Below the pieces are notes generated by a model. It was not told the origin of the DNA. It saw only the letters and a program-made list of their open reading frames with translations, and ran no database searches. A stretch of 64,000 nucleotides of DNA from Gracilinanus agilis. Taxonomy: Eukaryota. This document shows, piece after piece, positions 62,601 through 64,000 of this stretch. The stretch's first letter is position 1. Every line of letters starts with the position of its first letter. The translations under genes were made by a program, and so were the position numbers. The stretch lies in the NCBI RefSeq assembly GCF_016433145.1, contig NC_058131.1, positions 612,940,708-613,004,707 of the forward strand. The letters are read 5' to 3'.

Positions 62601-63420
62601 TTGTGTGATATGGAGGCTTTGGAAAGGGAAGAAGTTTCAGCATTTTCCTTGGGGAGTGTGTACAGGCAAAGTCATATTCTGACTGTTTCAGTATAAGGCA
62701 TGCCTACTTGGCATGCCTACTTGGCTTGCTACCTACCTCCTACACAGGGACAAGAATTGGAGGGGTTGAGGGGAGGAGAGGAGTACTCTATCACTTGCTA
62801 GCCTTATATTTGAGCCTAACTATTAAACATCCACTACTAATTCACATAATAGAATTTTGGAACTGCAGGGGCCTTGTTGATTATTTAATCCTATTCTATA
62901 GGCTGGAAAACTGAAATTCTAGGAGAGGAAATAACTTTCTCAGGTCAGTTAGCTAGGGAGGGCAAAACGGTGGCAAATTACAAGGAGATGAAGAGAGCAC
63001 ACGATGCATTCACCAATTATCCCAGCCAGGGTGTGGGGCAGGGAAACTAGGGCCCAGCCCCTCTAAGGGCTGTGAGTCTAGTTCCACAGAAATAAGGGTT
63101 TAAATAGGCTCCTGGATCAAAAAATCATTCCAGCCCAAATCTCTTTAAAGCAGCTTCCCGTGGGATGTGCAGTCTCGCACCCGTCATGCTCAGGAACCAC
63201 ACAGGAACTTGCCATCTTTTCTTAAAGTCTTGCAGACCCGGCCCTCTCCATCTCGGGCTCAGGGTTCAGCCCGGAGACTTTAAGGAAAGGACGCTCTGGG
63301 AGCCGGAGATCGATTAAGTAAGGCTGGAAGCTCGGCTAGGCAGAGCCTTAGCCATCATAGCCGCTGGAGGAGAACATTGCGCAGGCGCAACAAAGACTGG
63401 CAGAGACATCAGGGCTACAG

Positions 63421-63915
63421 ATGGAGCCGTCCGGGGGGGAGCAAGAGCCAGGGGCCGTCAGGTACCGAGGACAGGAGGAGCCCAGGAAAGGGGAATCCCT
63501 CTCCACGCACACAGGGTCAGGCTGGATAAGGGGTAGAGGGATGACAGGAAAGGTCCCCCAGAGAGAGTCTGTCTTTACGTTCCCGAACCATAAGAATTTG
63601 CAGGGGACCACCGAGGGACGCTCGTGAGGACATGGGGAGGAGAGATAGAGGGAAATCCATGGGTCACGCGTGGGGTGGGGATTCGAGGGACCCAGCTAAA
63701 CCCGGGGGACTGCGTGGGGCGGGGGTAGCCAGGACACGGACCCCGCCTGCCCCTGTCCCAGGCTCCTGGACCTGCCATGGGAGGATGTCCTGCTCCCGCA
63801 CATCCTTAGCCGCATTCCCCTGCGGCAGCTGCTCCACCTGCAGCGAGTCAGCAAAGCCTTCCTGGCTCTTGTGCAACTGCACCTGGCGCGCCTGCGCAGC
63901 TTCGATTCGGCACAG
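63421..63915 (+). CDS. FBXL15: F-box and leucine-rich repeat protein 15 (3'-partial)
   Basis: Exons 63421-63461 ([14 protein letters not shown]) and 63762-63915 ([33 protein letters not shown]..., F-box), phase-consistent. Similarity to recalled human FBXL15 stops at CAG|GTGACT, implying an intron from 63916. NRF1-type TGCGCAGGCGCA at 63378-63389. Confidence 0.93.
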
Positions 63916-64000
63916 GTGACTCCGCCCCTCCCTGCGGCCTGGGGGCGGGGCATCGGGTGGGGGTCTGGAGGGGCGGGGCCCCGGGGCAGAGGCGGGAGCC

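Overview
Mammalian genomic DNA, almost certainly a marsupial (many opossum-type tRNA-derived SINE copies plus MIR/Mar1, L1, L2 and hAT remnants). It carries the four-gene block known from human 10q24: the 3' ~1650 codons of GBF1 (+, 32 exons, 2025-25754), a complete NFKB2/p100 (+, 22 coding exons, 899 aa), a complete PSD/EFA6A (-, 16 coding exons, 1029 aa) tail-to-tail with NFKB2, and the first two coding exons of FBXL15 (+). All exon chains were traced by hand, with GT-AG boundaries and consistent phase. Main observations: (1) an intragenic CpG-island first exon in PSD encodes a basic 66-aa leader that splices in frame to give a Sec7-less short isoform, preceded by an in-frame uORF and a CCG repeat; (2) four RFX X-boxes and a divergently arranged REST half-site pair lie in and upstream of PSD; (3) an intact 206-bp hAT MITE with a perfect 8-bp TSD, resembling the horizontally transferred OC1 family, sits in an NFKB2 intron, and a second hAT family has two copies; (4) a SINE-RTE-SINE chimera inserted as one unit beside a GBF1 branch point. 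Three exact or near-exact duplications flank N gaps and are probably assembly artefacts. Gene and repeat-family names come from recalled sequences, not database searches, and most repeat boundaries are approximate.
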